In this document: positions 37,961 to 46,874 of the stretch, piece after piece
Numbering within the stretch: the stretch's first letter is position 1
Layout of the letters: every line of letters starts with the position of its first letter
Assembly (NCBI GenBank): GCA_947589645.1
Contig: CANQCG010000003.1
Span: forward strand, 3,891 to 67,890
DNA: 64,000 nucleotides
Direction: 5' to 3'
Source of the DNA: an uncultured Clostridia bacterium
Lineage (GTDB): Bacteria; Bacillota; Clostridia; TANB77; CAG-508
The notes under the pieces: model-generated
The model's input: only the letters and a program-made list of their open reading frames with translations
The model's database searches: none
Told to the model about the DNA's origin: nothing
Position numbers and translations under genes: made by a program

Positions 37961-38797
37961 TTATTTGTGATATTGAATTAACTCATATAAAGTATCTTTT
38001 AAGTCTTTTCGTTCTACTATTTTGTCAATAAAACCATGTTCTAGCAAAAATTCTGATGTTTGGAAACCTTCTGGCAAAGTTTCACCTATTGTTTGCTCGA
38101 TTACTCTTTGTCCTGCAAATCCTATCATTGCTCCTGGCTCTGCTAAAATTATATCAGCTATACTAGCAAATGAAGCTGTAACTCCTCCATAAGTTGGATC
38201 TGTTAGAACTGATATGTATAATAGCCCTGCTTCGTTAAGTTTTGAAATTGCTGAAGTGGTTTTCGCCATCTGCATTAGAGATATTATTCCTTCTTGCATT
38301 CTAGCTCCTCCAGAAACGCAAAATATTATTATTGGAAGTTTTAATTCTATTGCTTTTTCTATTGCATAAGTGATTTTTTCGCCAACTACTGCTCCCATAC
38401 TTCCCATTAAAAATCCACTGTCCATTACGCAAATTACTACATCTTCGCCTTTTATTTTTCCTTGTCCACATGCAACCGCTTCTTCTAAACCTGTTTTTTC
38501 TCTCAAAGCTTTTATTTTTTTAGGATAATCTTCTAAGTCTAAAGGATTTGATGTATCTATATTTAAATTAAATTTTTTGTATGTTCCTTCATCAAGTACC
38601 AAATCTAATCTTCTATTTATATGCATTCTAAAATATGCTCCACAATTTGGACAAATATTATAATTGCTTCTTACTGCTTCTTTATATAATATTTCTTTGC
38701 ATTTATCACATTTTACCCATTGTCCAACTGGTATGTCTACTTTTTTTGTGATTTTTTTTGCCGTAGGCTCTCTTTTCTTAATTTTGTCTACTATCAT
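37961..38797 (-). CDS. accD: Acetyl-CoA carboxylase carboxyltransferase beta subunit
   Basis: 278 aa. N-terminal Zn ribbon CDKCKEILY...CPNCG; GGARMQEG. Confidence 0.9.
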   Translation of the reverse strand: MIVDKIKKREPTAKKITKKVDIPVGQWVKCDKCKEILYKEAVRSNYNICPNCGAYFRMHINRRLDLVLDEGTYKKFNLNIDTSNPLDLEDYPKKIKALREKTGLEEAVACGQGKIKGEDVVICVMDSGFLMGSMGAVVGEKITYAIEKAIELKLPIIIFCVSGGARMQEGIISLMQMAKTTSAISKLNEAGLLYISVLTDPTYGGVTASFASIADIILAEPGAMIGFAGQRVIEQTIGETLPEGFQTSEFLLEHGFIDKIVERKDLKDTLYELIQYHK

Positions 38798-38800
38798 AAT

Positions 38801-40150
38801 CTATACCTCTTTTTTTAATATTTCATTTTCTATAAATGATGTGTCATATTCTCCTCTTATAAAATTATGATTTGTTATTATATTAAATAAAAAATCTATA
38901 TTGGTGTCTACACCTTCTATTACAGTTTCTTCTAATGCTCTTTTCATTTTACTTATTGCTTCATTTCTCGTTGTACCATGTGAAATTATTTTTGCAAGCA
39001 TTGAATCATATGTAGGTGGAACTGTATAGCCCTCATATATTGCAGTATCAACTCTTATGCCATTTCCCCCTGGCAAATTTAGACCTGTTATTGTACCTGG
39101 GCATGGCATAAAGTTTTTAGATGGGTTTTCTGCATTTATTCTACATTCTATTGCACAACCTCGAAATTCTATATCTTTTTGCTTTAATTTTAATTTTTCT
39201 CCACCTGCTATTTTTATTTGTTCTTTGACTATATCTATTCCTGTTCTTTCTTCTGTTATTGGATGTTCAACTTGTATTCTTGTGTTCATTTCCATGAAAT
39301 AAAAATTTTTTTCACTATCTACTAAAAATTCTATAGTTCCACAGCTTGTATAACCAGAAGCTTTCAATGCTTTTATAGCTGCTTCTCCCATTTTTGCTCT
39401 TGTTTTATCATCAATTGCAGTTGATGGTGTTTCTTCTATTATTTTTTGATGTCTTCTTTGCACGGTGCAATCTCTTTCTCCTAAATGAATGACATTTCCA
39501 TATTCATCAGCTAAAACTTGTATTTCTACATGCCTTGGATTTTTTATGTATTTTTCTAAATAAATTTCATCATCATTAAAAGATAGTTTTGCTTCTTGCT
39601 TTACTAAGTTATAATTTGCTTCTAATTCTTTTTCATTATTTGCAATTCTTATTCCCTTGCCTCCGCCACCTGCTGCCGCTTTTATCATAACGGGATAACC
39701 AATTTTTGAAGCAATATTTATTGCATCTTTCAAGCCTTTTACGCTTCCGTTTGAGCCTGGAATTACTGGCACTCCAGCAGATTTCATTAATTCTTTTGCA
39801 TTAGATTTGTTTCCCATTAATTCAATTACCTTATATGAAGGTCCTATAAATTTTATATTTGATTCTTCACATATTTTTGCGAATTGACTGTTTTCAGATA
39901 AAAAACCAAAACCTGGATGTATACTATCTGCTGATGTTATGTTAGCGGCTTCTAATATATTTTTAAAATTCAAATAGCTTTTTGATGAACTTGCTGGTCC
40001 TATACATATTGCTTCGTCTGCCAAACGTGTATGCATTGCATCTTTATCAATTTCAGAATATACTGCTACGGTTTTTATGTTCATTTCTTTACAAGCTCTT
40101 ATTATTCGAACTGCTATTTCTCCTCTATTTGCAATTAAGATTTTATTCAT
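38801..40150 (-). CDS. accC: Biotin carboxylase
   Basis: 449 aa. KILIANRGEIAVR; ATP-grasp GGGGKGIR; EMNTRIQVEHPITE. Confidence 0.95.
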   Translation of the reverse strand: MNKILIANRGEIAVRIIRACKEMNIKTVAVYSEIDKDAMHTRLADEAICIGPASSSKSYLNFKNILEAANITSADSIHPGFGFLSENSQFAKICEESNIKFIGPSYKVIELMGNKSNAKELMKSAGVPVIPGSNGSVKGLKDAINIASKIGYPVMIKAAAGGGGKGIRIANNEKELEANYNLVKQEAKLSFNDDEIYLEKYIKNPRHVEIQVLADEYGNVIHLGERDCTVQRRHQKIIEETPSTAIDDKTRAKMGEAAIKALKASGYTSCGTIEFLVDSEKNFYFMEMNTRIQVEHPITEERTGIDIVKEQIKIAGGEKLKLKQKDIEFRGCAIECRINAENPSKNFMPCPGTITGLNLPGGNGIRVDTAIYEGYTVPPTYDSMLAKIISHGTTRNEAISKMKRALEETVIEGVDTNIDFLFNIITNHNFIRGEYDTSFIENEILKKEV

Positions 40151-40211
40151 CTTAGAAATTTCCTTTCTTAGTTTTGTTATAAAATATCTTTTATTTCTTT
40201 TTTAAATATAA

Positions 40212-40637
40212 TTAATTTACAACTGCAAAAGTTAATTCTCCCTTTGCCACCACTTTTCCATCCACTGTTGCTAATGCCTCTCCAACTCCTATTGGTCCTT
40301 TTTGCTTTATTATTTTTACTTCTAACTTTAATGTATCACCTGGTACTACCATTTTTTTAAATTTCATTTTGTCTATCCCACCAAATAAAGCATTTTTCCC
40401 CTTGTTTTCTTCTAAGCTTAAAATTGCAACCGCTCCTGTTTGTGCTAAACTTTCGGTTATTAATACTCCTGGCATTATTGGGTTACCTGGGAAATGACCT
40501 TTAAAATACCATTCTTCTTCATTTACATATTTATAAGCTACTGCACTTTCTCCTGGTTTAAATTCTTCTACCTCATCTATCATTAAAAAAGGTTCTCTTT
40601 GTGGGATTATGTTTTTTATTTCTTCTTTATTTAACAT
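40212..40637 (-). CDS. fabZ: 3-hydroxyacyl-ACP dehydratase FabZ
   Basis: 141 aa. HFPGNPIMPGVLITE hot-dog motif. Confidence 0.9.
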   Translation of the reverse strand: MLNKEEIKNIIPQREPFLMIDEVEEFKPGESAVAYKYVNEEEWYFKGHFPGNPIMPGVLITESLAQTGAVAILSLEENKGKNALFGGIDKMKFKKMVVPGDTLKLEVKIIKQKGPIGVGEALATVDGKVVAKGELTFAVVN

Positions 40638-40660
40638 TGTTTATCTCCTAAAATTTTTAT

Positions 40661-41122
40661 TTAAACTATTTTAAATAGTGGTTTTCCGTATTCAACCATT
40701 TCGCCGTCTTTTACTAAAACCTCTTTAATTTCTCCATCAAATTCTGATTCGATTTCATTCATTAATTTCATAGCTTCAATTATGCAAAGTATATCTCCCC
40801 TTTTCACTCTTTTTCCTACTTCTACATAGTTTTCACTTGTTGGAGATGGTTTTGCATAAAATGTTCCAACCATTGGAGATTTTACTATATTACAATTTTT
40901 TGTTTCAATTTTTGTATTTTGTTTTATATCTTCATTTATATTCTCTTTTAATTGTTCTACTCCTCGAGCTGGCTCACCTGTGTGATGTTCTGCATTTTTT
41001 GCAACTTGTTTTTCGTCTTTTTTCATACTTATTTTTGTTCCATCTGGAAAGTCAATTTCAATTGAGCTTAATTTTGAATTTCCCATATCTTCCATTAATT
41101 GTTTAATTTTTTCGAATTCCAT
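40661..41122 (-). CDS. accB: Biotin carboxyl carrier protein
   Basis: 153 aa. Biotinylation motif IIEAMKLMNEIE. Confidence 0.9.
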   Translation of the reverse strand: MEFEKIKQLMEDMGNSKLSSIEIDFPDGTKISMKKDEKQVAKNAEHHTGEPARGVEQLKENINEDIKQNTKIETKNCNIVKSPMVGTFYAKPSPTSENYVEVGKRVKRGDILCIIEAMKLMNEIESEFDGEIKEVLVKDGEMVEYGKPLFKIV

Positions 41123-41151
41123 TTTTCATCCTCCTAATATATTTCTTTTTA

Positions 41152-41248
41152 AAAAACACCCCTTTTCTACAAGCTAGCATTTTATTTTTATGTAAATTTA
41201 TAATGCTAGCTTGTAGAAAAGCCCCTATTTTGAAAAAGATATATAAAA
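41152..41248 (-). repeat. 97-bp dispersed palindromic repeat, copy B (between fabF and accB)
   Basis: Reverse complement is near-identical to 8218-8314. In this copy the hairpin followed by GGGGTGTTTTTT reads in the sense direction of the fab genes. Confidence 0.85.
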
Positions 41249-41266
41249 CTATTATATTATTTTTCT

Positions 41267-42505
41267 TTATTTTTGAAACTTTTTTAATATAATACTTGCA
41301 TTGTGACCACCAAAGCCTAAAGAATTAGACATTACAATATCTAGTTTTGCATTTCTTGGCTCATTTGGAACAATATCTAAATCGCATTCTTCATCTTTTT
41401 CTTTATAATTTATTGTTGGAGGTACAATTTGCTCCACTATAGCTTTTACGCAAATTACTGCCTCAACTCCTCCTGCTGCTCCCAATAAATGTCCGGTGTT
41501 TCCTTTAGTTGAACTAACCATTACAGTATTTGCAGCTTCTCCTAGAGCTGTTTTTATAGCCATTGTTTCTAAAGAGTCATTTAAATGAGTTGATGTTCCA
41601 TGTGCATTTATATAATTTATATCTTTAGGAGTTATTTTTGCATCTTCAATAGCTCTTTTCATTGCTCTTGCTCCCCCTTCTCCCTCTGGTGCTGGTGAAG
41701 TTATATGATAAGCATCTGAAGTTGCTCCATAACCTATTACTTCTGCATAAATTTTTGCATTTCTTTTTTTAGCATGTTCTAATTCTTCTAATACAAGAAT
41801 TCCCGCTCCTTCTCCCATTACGAAACCGTTTCTTTCTTTATCAAATGGAATACTTGCTCTTGTTTTGTCTGTGGCAGACGATAAAGCTTTCATATTTTCA
41901 AAGCCTGCAATTCCTACTCTACATATTGCAGCTTCTGTTCCTCCGGCTAAGATTACATCTTCTGATCCATATTTAATTGTTTTATATGCTTCTCCAATTG
42001 CATGTGTGGCTGATGCACAAGCTGAAACTATTGATATAGATTCGCCTTTTGCTCCTAATTCGATTGTTATATTTCCAGCTGGCATATTTGCAATTGACAT
42101 TGGTATAAACATTGGAGATACTCTGTTATGCCCTTTTAAGCAGTTTATTTTGCATTGTTCCTCAATAGTTTTAAAGCCTCCTATTCCAGAACTTACAAAT
42201 ACACCTACCCTTTCAAAATCAGTATTTTCTTTGTTTATTTTACTATCTTCAAATGCTTCTTTTGCAGCAATTATTCCAAATTGTGAGGATCTATCTAATC
42301 TTTTTGCTTGCTTTATATCAAAATATTTTAATGGGTCATAATCTTTTACTTCTCCTGCTAAACTAGTTTTGTAACCCGTACAATCAAATAGTGAAATCTT
42401 ATCTATTCCACAAACTTTTGCTTTTATGCCTTTCCAAGTTTCGTCTGCATTATTTCCTATTGGAGTTATTGCTCCTATTCCTGTGATTACTACTCTTTTT
42501 TCCAT
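41267..42505 (-). CDS. fabF: 3-oxoacyl-ACP synthase II
   Basis: 412 aa. Active-site Cys in IVSACASATHAIG; HGTSTHLND; GHLLGAAG. Confidence 0.95.
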   Translation of the reverse strand: MEKRVVITGIGAITPIGNNADETWKGIKAKVCGIDKISLFDCTGYKTSLAGEVKDYDPLKYFDIKQAKRLDRSSQFGIIAAKEAFEDSKINKENTDFERVGVFVSSGIGGFKTIEEQCKINCLKGHNRVSPMFIPMSIANMPAGNITIELGAKGESISIVSACASATHAIGEAYKTIKYGSEDVILAGGTEAAICRVGIAGFENMKALSSATDKTRASIPFDKERNGFVMGEGAGILVLEELEHAKKRNAKIYAEVIGYGATSDAYHITSPAPEGEGGARAMKRAIEDAKITPKDINYINAHGTSTHLNDSLETMAIKTALGEAANTVMVSSTKGNTGHLLGAAGGVEAVICVKAIVEQIVPPTINYKEKDEECDLDIVPNEPRNAKLDIVMSNSLGFGGHNASIILKKFQK

Positions 42506-42542
42506 TTTAATTTTCCTTTCTTTATGGTATACATCAATTATC

Positions 42543-43277
42543 TTACATTAGCATTCCGCCATCTATATTTATAACTTGCCCTGTTATATAAGAACTGTCT
42601 TCTGATGCTAAAAATTTAACAACATTTGCTACATCTTGAGCCTTTCCCATTCTTTTTAATGGAATACTTTTGGCAATTTCTTCTTTGATTTCGTCTTTTA
42701 ATACATCTGTCATATTTGTTTCTATAAAACCTGGTGCTACAGCATTTACTAAAATATTTCTTGAAGCAAGCTCTTTTGCTAAACTTTTTGTAAAACCAAT
42801 TATTCCCGCTTTTGATGCAGCATAATTTGCTTGACCGCTATTGCCAGAAATACCTACTACAGATGAGATATTTATTATTCTTCCACTTCTTGCTTTTAAC
42901 ATATAGGTACTTACATTTTTAGTCATATTGAAGGTGCCAACTAAATTAACATCTATTACTTGCTCGAAATCTTCTTTTTTCATTCTTATAAGCAACATAT
43001 CTTTTGTTATTCCTGCATTATTTACAAGCACATCTATTGAGCCAAATTCGTCAAATACTTGTTTTGCAATTCTTTCGCAATCTTCAAAGCTTGATACATC
43101 CCCTTGAACACATAAGCATTTAACTTTTTCTTTTTCTATCTCTATTTTTGTATTTTGCATATCTTCATTTTCTTTTCTATAATTTAAAGCTATATTATAA
43201 CCTTCTTTAGCAAGTGTAATTGCTATTTGCCTTCCTATTCCGCGAGTTCCTCCTGTTATTAAAGCTACTTTATCCAT
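42543..43277 (-). CDS. fabG: 3-oxoacyl-ACP reductase
   Basis: SDR motifs TGGTRGIG, NNAG, YAASKAG. Start moved to ATG 43277 (AAAGGGTGA 5 nt upstream); the track GTG 43286 lies inside the SD. Confidence 0.9.
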   Translation of the reverse strand: MDKVALITGGTRGIGRQIAITLAKEGYNIALNYRKENEDMQNTKIEIEKEKVKCLCVQGDVSSFEDCERIAKQVFDEFGSIDVLVNNAGITKDMLLIRMKKEDFEQVIDVNLVGTFNMTKNVSTYMLKARSGRIINISSVVGISGNSGQANYAASKAGIIGFTKSLAKELASRNILVNAVAPGFIETNMTDVLKDEIKEEIAKSIPLKRMGKAQDVANVVKFLASEDSSYITGQVINIDGGMLM

Positions 43278-43374
43278 ATTTTTCACCCTTTCTTACCTTT
43301 TCTTGTCGGCACAAAGTTCTTTTTTTAGCCGTTACATTTTAAAAATTTTTGTCTTGATATTAGTGTTTATTTTA

Positions 43375-44313
43375 CTAGTTACTTTTTATAAATTCTATTG
43401 AGCTTTCTAATGTTTCCACATTATTTATATTTAAAATATTAACTGGCATTTTAGTTTCCATTCTTTTTACAAAACCTGATAAAGTTTTGCCTGGTCCTAT
43501 CTCAATAAAAGTATCTATTCCCATATCTAACATAGTTTTTAGACCTTTATCAAACCTAACTGGACTTATAATGTGTTTTGCTAAAATATCTTTTATATCA
43601 TCTTGCTTTAAATAGATCTTGCCATCCAAATTTTTAATTACTTCTGTTTCAAATTCATGAAATTCTATATTTTGCAATTCATTTCTTAATGCTTCTGATG
43701 CCTTAACTAATTTTTCTGTATGGAATGGTCCAGATGTTTTTAATTCTCTTACCTTTTTTGCACCTTCTTCTTTTGCAATTTCTTCTGCCTCTTGTACGCC
43801 TTGCTTATCTCCTGAAATTACAATTTGCCCTATGCAATTAAAATTAACTGGAACTACAAATCCTTTTTTTACCTCGCTACATATTTTTCTTACTTGCTCC
43901 TCATTCATTCCTAAAACGGCTGCCATTAACCACTCTCCATCTGGAACTAAATTTTGCATATATTCTCCTCTTTTTTGCACTAGCTTTACACCATCATCAA
44001 AGCTTAAGGCTTTGCTATATATTAGGCTTGAATATTCACCTAAACTTAATCCACTTGAGACTTCTGCCTTTATGTTATTTTGCTTTAATATTTCTAAAAT
44101 TGATAAGCTCATGGTTAAAATACAAATCTGCGTATTTTTAGTTTGATTTAATTCTTCCTCCCTACTTTCAAATGATATTTTGGCTACATCAATTCCTGTT
44201 AATTCTTGTACCCTTTTATATGTATTTTTAACTGAGTCATATTTTTCATATAAATCTTTTCCCATTCCAACGCTTTGAGAACCCTGCCCTGGAAATAAAA
44301 ATGCTATTTTCAT
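43375..44313 (-). CDS. fabD: Malonyl CoA-ACP transacylase
   Basis: FPGQGSQ, GLSLGEYS. Start moved to ATG 44313 (AGGTG 6 nt upstream), 1 nt after the stop of the birA-like gene. Confidence 0.9.
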   Translation of the reverse strand: MKIAFLFPGQGSQSVGMGKDLYEKYDSVKNTYKRVQELTGIDVAKISFESREEELNQTKNTQICILTMSLSILEILKQNNIKAEVSSGLSLGEYSSLIYSKALSFDDGVKLVQKRGEYMQNLVPDGEWLMAAVLGMNEEQVRKICSEVKKGFVVPVNFNCIGQIVISGDKQGVQEAEEIAKEEGAKKVRELKTSGPFHTEKLVKASEALRNELQNIEFHEFETEVIKNLDGKIYLKQDDIKDILAKHIISPVRFDKGLKTMLDMGIDTFIEIGPGKTLSGFVKRMETKMPVNILNINNVETLESSIEFIKSN

Positions 44314-44314
44314 T

Positions 44315-44893
44315 TTATACACCTATCCTTTTTATTATTTTTGGCTCTATTAAATTAACAAATTTGCTAATTACTTTTGAATTATCAATTTTTATTTTGA
44401 ATTCTTTGCTCACGGAAGTAGCTAATTCGTTTATTTCTTCATTAAAATTAGACTTATTTGTGTTAATTCCAATTCCTATTACAACATCTTTAATTTTTTC
44501 GCCAAATGACTTGGTTTCCGTAAGTATTCCTCCAATTTTTTTACCAAAATACACAATATCATTTGGCTGTTTAATTTGAAGTTCTATTTTATATAATTTT
44601 TGAAATACTTCTACTATTGTTTCTGCTATTTCCCTAGTAAATCCTTCCATTTTAATTGCGTTACAGTTTGCTTCTATATAAAGCGAAAATGCTATGTTAT
44701 TTTTTTCGTCTGTATACCAAGTTTTACCATGAGTTCCTACTCCTTTTGTTTGAATGTCTGCTATAATTAGATCTCCATTTTTTATAGTTTTGTTTTTTAT
44801 TCTTCTCCAAACCTCGGCTTGCGTAGAATCTATAGCCTCAAAGTAAATTATATTTCTTGCCAAAAAATTAGTATTTAAATTTTGTAATTCCAT
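44315..44893 (-). CDS. Short biotin-protein ligase catalytic-domain protein (no HTH, no C-terminal domain)
   Basis: 192 aa. BPL motifs IDSTQ, KQPNDI, KKIGGILTE, GIGINT. The biotin loop reads KGVGTHGKTW instead of GRGRxGRxW. Confidence 0.7.
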   Translation of the reverse strand: MELQNLNTNFLARNIIYFEAIDSTQAEVWRRIKNKTIKNGDLIIADIQTKGVGTHGKTWYTDEKNNIAFSLYIEANCNAIKMEGFTREIAETIVEVFQKLYKIELQIKQPNDIVYFGKKIGGILTETKSFGEKIKDVVIGIGINTNKSNFNEEINELATSVSKEFKIKIDNSKVISKFVNLIEPKIIKRIGV

Positions 44894-44904
44894 TTATTTT
44901 GCTT

Positions 44905-44930
44905 TGCTAGATACTAGCTAGCATCTCCTC
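44905..44930 (-). promoter_or_regulatory. SD+hairpin leader module, copy 6 (acyl-CoA ligase 3' end / birA-like start)
   Basis: GAGAGGAG-A-UGCUAG-CUAGUAU-CUAGCA-AAGCAAAAUAA-AUG(44893). The SD and 5' arm are the last codons (EEMLASI*) of the upstream ORF. C-G replaces U-A at stem position 4. Confidence 0.45.
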
Positions 44931-46667
44931 TCTTCCTGCACTTTGCTCATTTATTATTTGTTCTAAATTTTTTTCTCTTTTAATTTTATTCGTGGTAGTT
45001 TTTATTAATGGCGTTTGGGTAAAAATTGTTCCTCTAATAGCTTTATATTTTGGCATCGTTTGGTTTATTTCTTTTACTTTTTGATTTAGTGCAGAATATA
45101 TTTCCTCTGTAGTTTCTACTTTGTATGCATCTTTTACAATTTCTTCATTGTATACTATTTTTGCAAATATTTTGATATCTTCTTTATCTTCTGACATTTG
45201 CTTTCCAAATATAAATGATTCTTCTACACCTTCAATTTTGTTAAGCAAATTCTCAATTTCTTCTGGGAAGATGTTTTTTCCATTTTTTAGAACTATTACA
45301 CTCTTCTTTCTTCCACAAATAAATATGTAGCCTTCATCATCTATTTTTGCTAAATCTCCTGTGTAAAACCAACCATCTACCAATGCCTTTTTAGTTGCTT
45401 CTTTGTTTTCAAAATACTCTAACATTACATTCGGTCCTTTTACAACTAACTCTCCCATGCCGTCTTTGTCTGTATTTACTAATTTTGCTTCAACACCAGG
45501 TATTGCTTTTCCAATAGAGCCTACCTTATAATATTTTTTTGTTCCTATTGCTACAACTGGTGACGTTTCTGTTAGCCCATAACCTTGAACTAAATTTAGT
45601 CCTAAGTTTCTATACCTTTGCTCTATTCCTGCATCAAGACTTGCTGCTCCACTAATTAGAATTTTTACATTTCCTCCAAGCATTTGATGTATATTGTCAA
45701 ATACTTTTTTCTTTATTTCCATGCTTTCTTCTTTGTACTCTTCTTCTTTTTGCAAAATTTCTTCTAAATTTCCTTCTTTTTCTATTTGTTTTCTAATTAT
45801 TTTAAAAATTCTTTCGTATATTGCTGGGACTGATGCCATAACTGATACTTTATATTCTCTCATATTTTCTGGTATATGCCTTATTCCATCACAAAATACG
45901 GTTTCGGCACCTTTATATAGAGAAAATAAAAAGCCGACTGTACATTCAAATACATGATGCAATGGTAAAAATGATAAAAATATATCATCTGAATTTACAT
46001 CTAAAATAGATGCAAGTGCCATCAAGTTTGAGCATATATTTTTGTGTGATAATGCAACCACTTTAGAAATTGATGTGGTTCCTGATGTAAATAGCATTAT
46101 ACTCATTTTTGAGTTATCTATTTTAGATTTTATAAATTCCTTATTTCCTTTTTTAATTAAACGTCTTCCCATTTGTATTAATTCTTTTTGTGAATAAATT
46201 CCATCTTTATGCTCTTCTAAATCCATTGATATTAAATGCTTTAATTTTCCTACGCCTTCTAGTTTTGCTTTTATTAGTGTTTGTTCATATTTGGCAGAAT
46301 AAAATATTGCTTCTACTCCAGAACGTTTTATTAAATCTTTTAACTCATTTTCTGGCAGTGATTTGTCTAGTGGTACTACAATTCCTGTCCCACACACTAT
46401 GCTTAAATAGGCTATTTGCCATTCGTATCTGTTTTCTCCAATAACTGCTATTTTCTTACCCTTTAGTCCCATGTTTATTAGCATTGTTCCTAAACAATCT
46501 ATCATTTCTCTTACTTGTTTATGTGTTATTTCTTTGTATTTTCCATTTTCTATTCTTATTTTATATGCGATTTTTTCTCCATATTCTTCTCCAGATTTTT
46601 TTAACATGTCTTTTAAGTCTCTTATTTTTGTATATTCATATACTCTCTCGCTCATCTGTACCTCCAA
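44907..46667 (-). CDS. Long-chain acyl-CoA ligase (AMP-forming)
   Basis: 586 aa. AMP-binding motif LFTSGTTSISKVV; GYGLTETS; YTGDLAKIDDEGY. Confidence 0.8.
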   Translation of the reverse strand: MEVQMSERVYEYTKIRDLKDMLKKSGEEYGEKIAYKIRIENGKYKEITHKQVREMIDCLGTMLINMGLKGKKIAVIGENRYEWQIAYLSIVCGTGIVVPLDKSLPENELKDLIKRSGVEAIFYSAKYEQTLIKAKLEGVGKLKHLISMDLEEHKDGIYSQKELIQMGRRLIKKGNKEFIKSKIDNSKMSIMLFTSGTTSISKVVALSHKNICSNLMALASILDVNSDDIFLSFLPLHHVFECTVGFLFSLYKGAETVFCDGIRHIPENMREYKVSVMASVPAIYERIFKIIRKQIEKEGNLEEILQKEEEYKEESMEIKKKVFDNIHQMLGGNVKILISGAASLDAGIEQRYRNLGLNLVQGYGLTETSPVVAIGTKKYYKVGSIGKAIPGVEAKLVNTDKDGMGELVVKGPNVMLEYFENKEATKKALVDGWFYTGDLAKIDDEGYIFICGRKKSVIVLKNGKNIFPEEIENLLNKIEGVEESFIFGKQMSEDKEDIKIFAKIVYNEEIVKDAYKVETTEEIYSALNQKVKEINQTMPKYKAIRGTIFTQTPLIKTTTNKIKREKNLEQIINEQSAGREEMLASI

Positions 46668-46737
46668 TTTTTATCTTACTTTTTATATCATATTTTTTGT
46701 AAAATGTTATTAGACTGGAAGGTCAGTACAACAATAT

Positions 46738-46768
46738 AAAAAAAGTGGCATACTTTTGTATACCACTT
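46738..46768 (-). terminator. Intrinsic terminator after the symporter gene
   Basis: AAGUGGUAUAC-AAAA-GUAUGCCACUU followed by UUUUUUU. Confidence 0.7.
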
Positions 46769-46874
46769 TAAATAATTATTTGTACTACTATTATTTTTAT
46801 TATCTTTTAATATTATTTTCTACTATTATTTGTTCTGTTTTTATTATTTTTTATTTGAATATTATTGTTGTATT

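Noticed and set aside
46714-46727. FadR-like operator ACTGGAAGGTCAGT upstream of the acyl-CoA ligase gene
   Set aside because: Only the outer 4 bp (ACTG/CAGT) are truly inverted. That is too weak to call without a cognate regulator or further copies.
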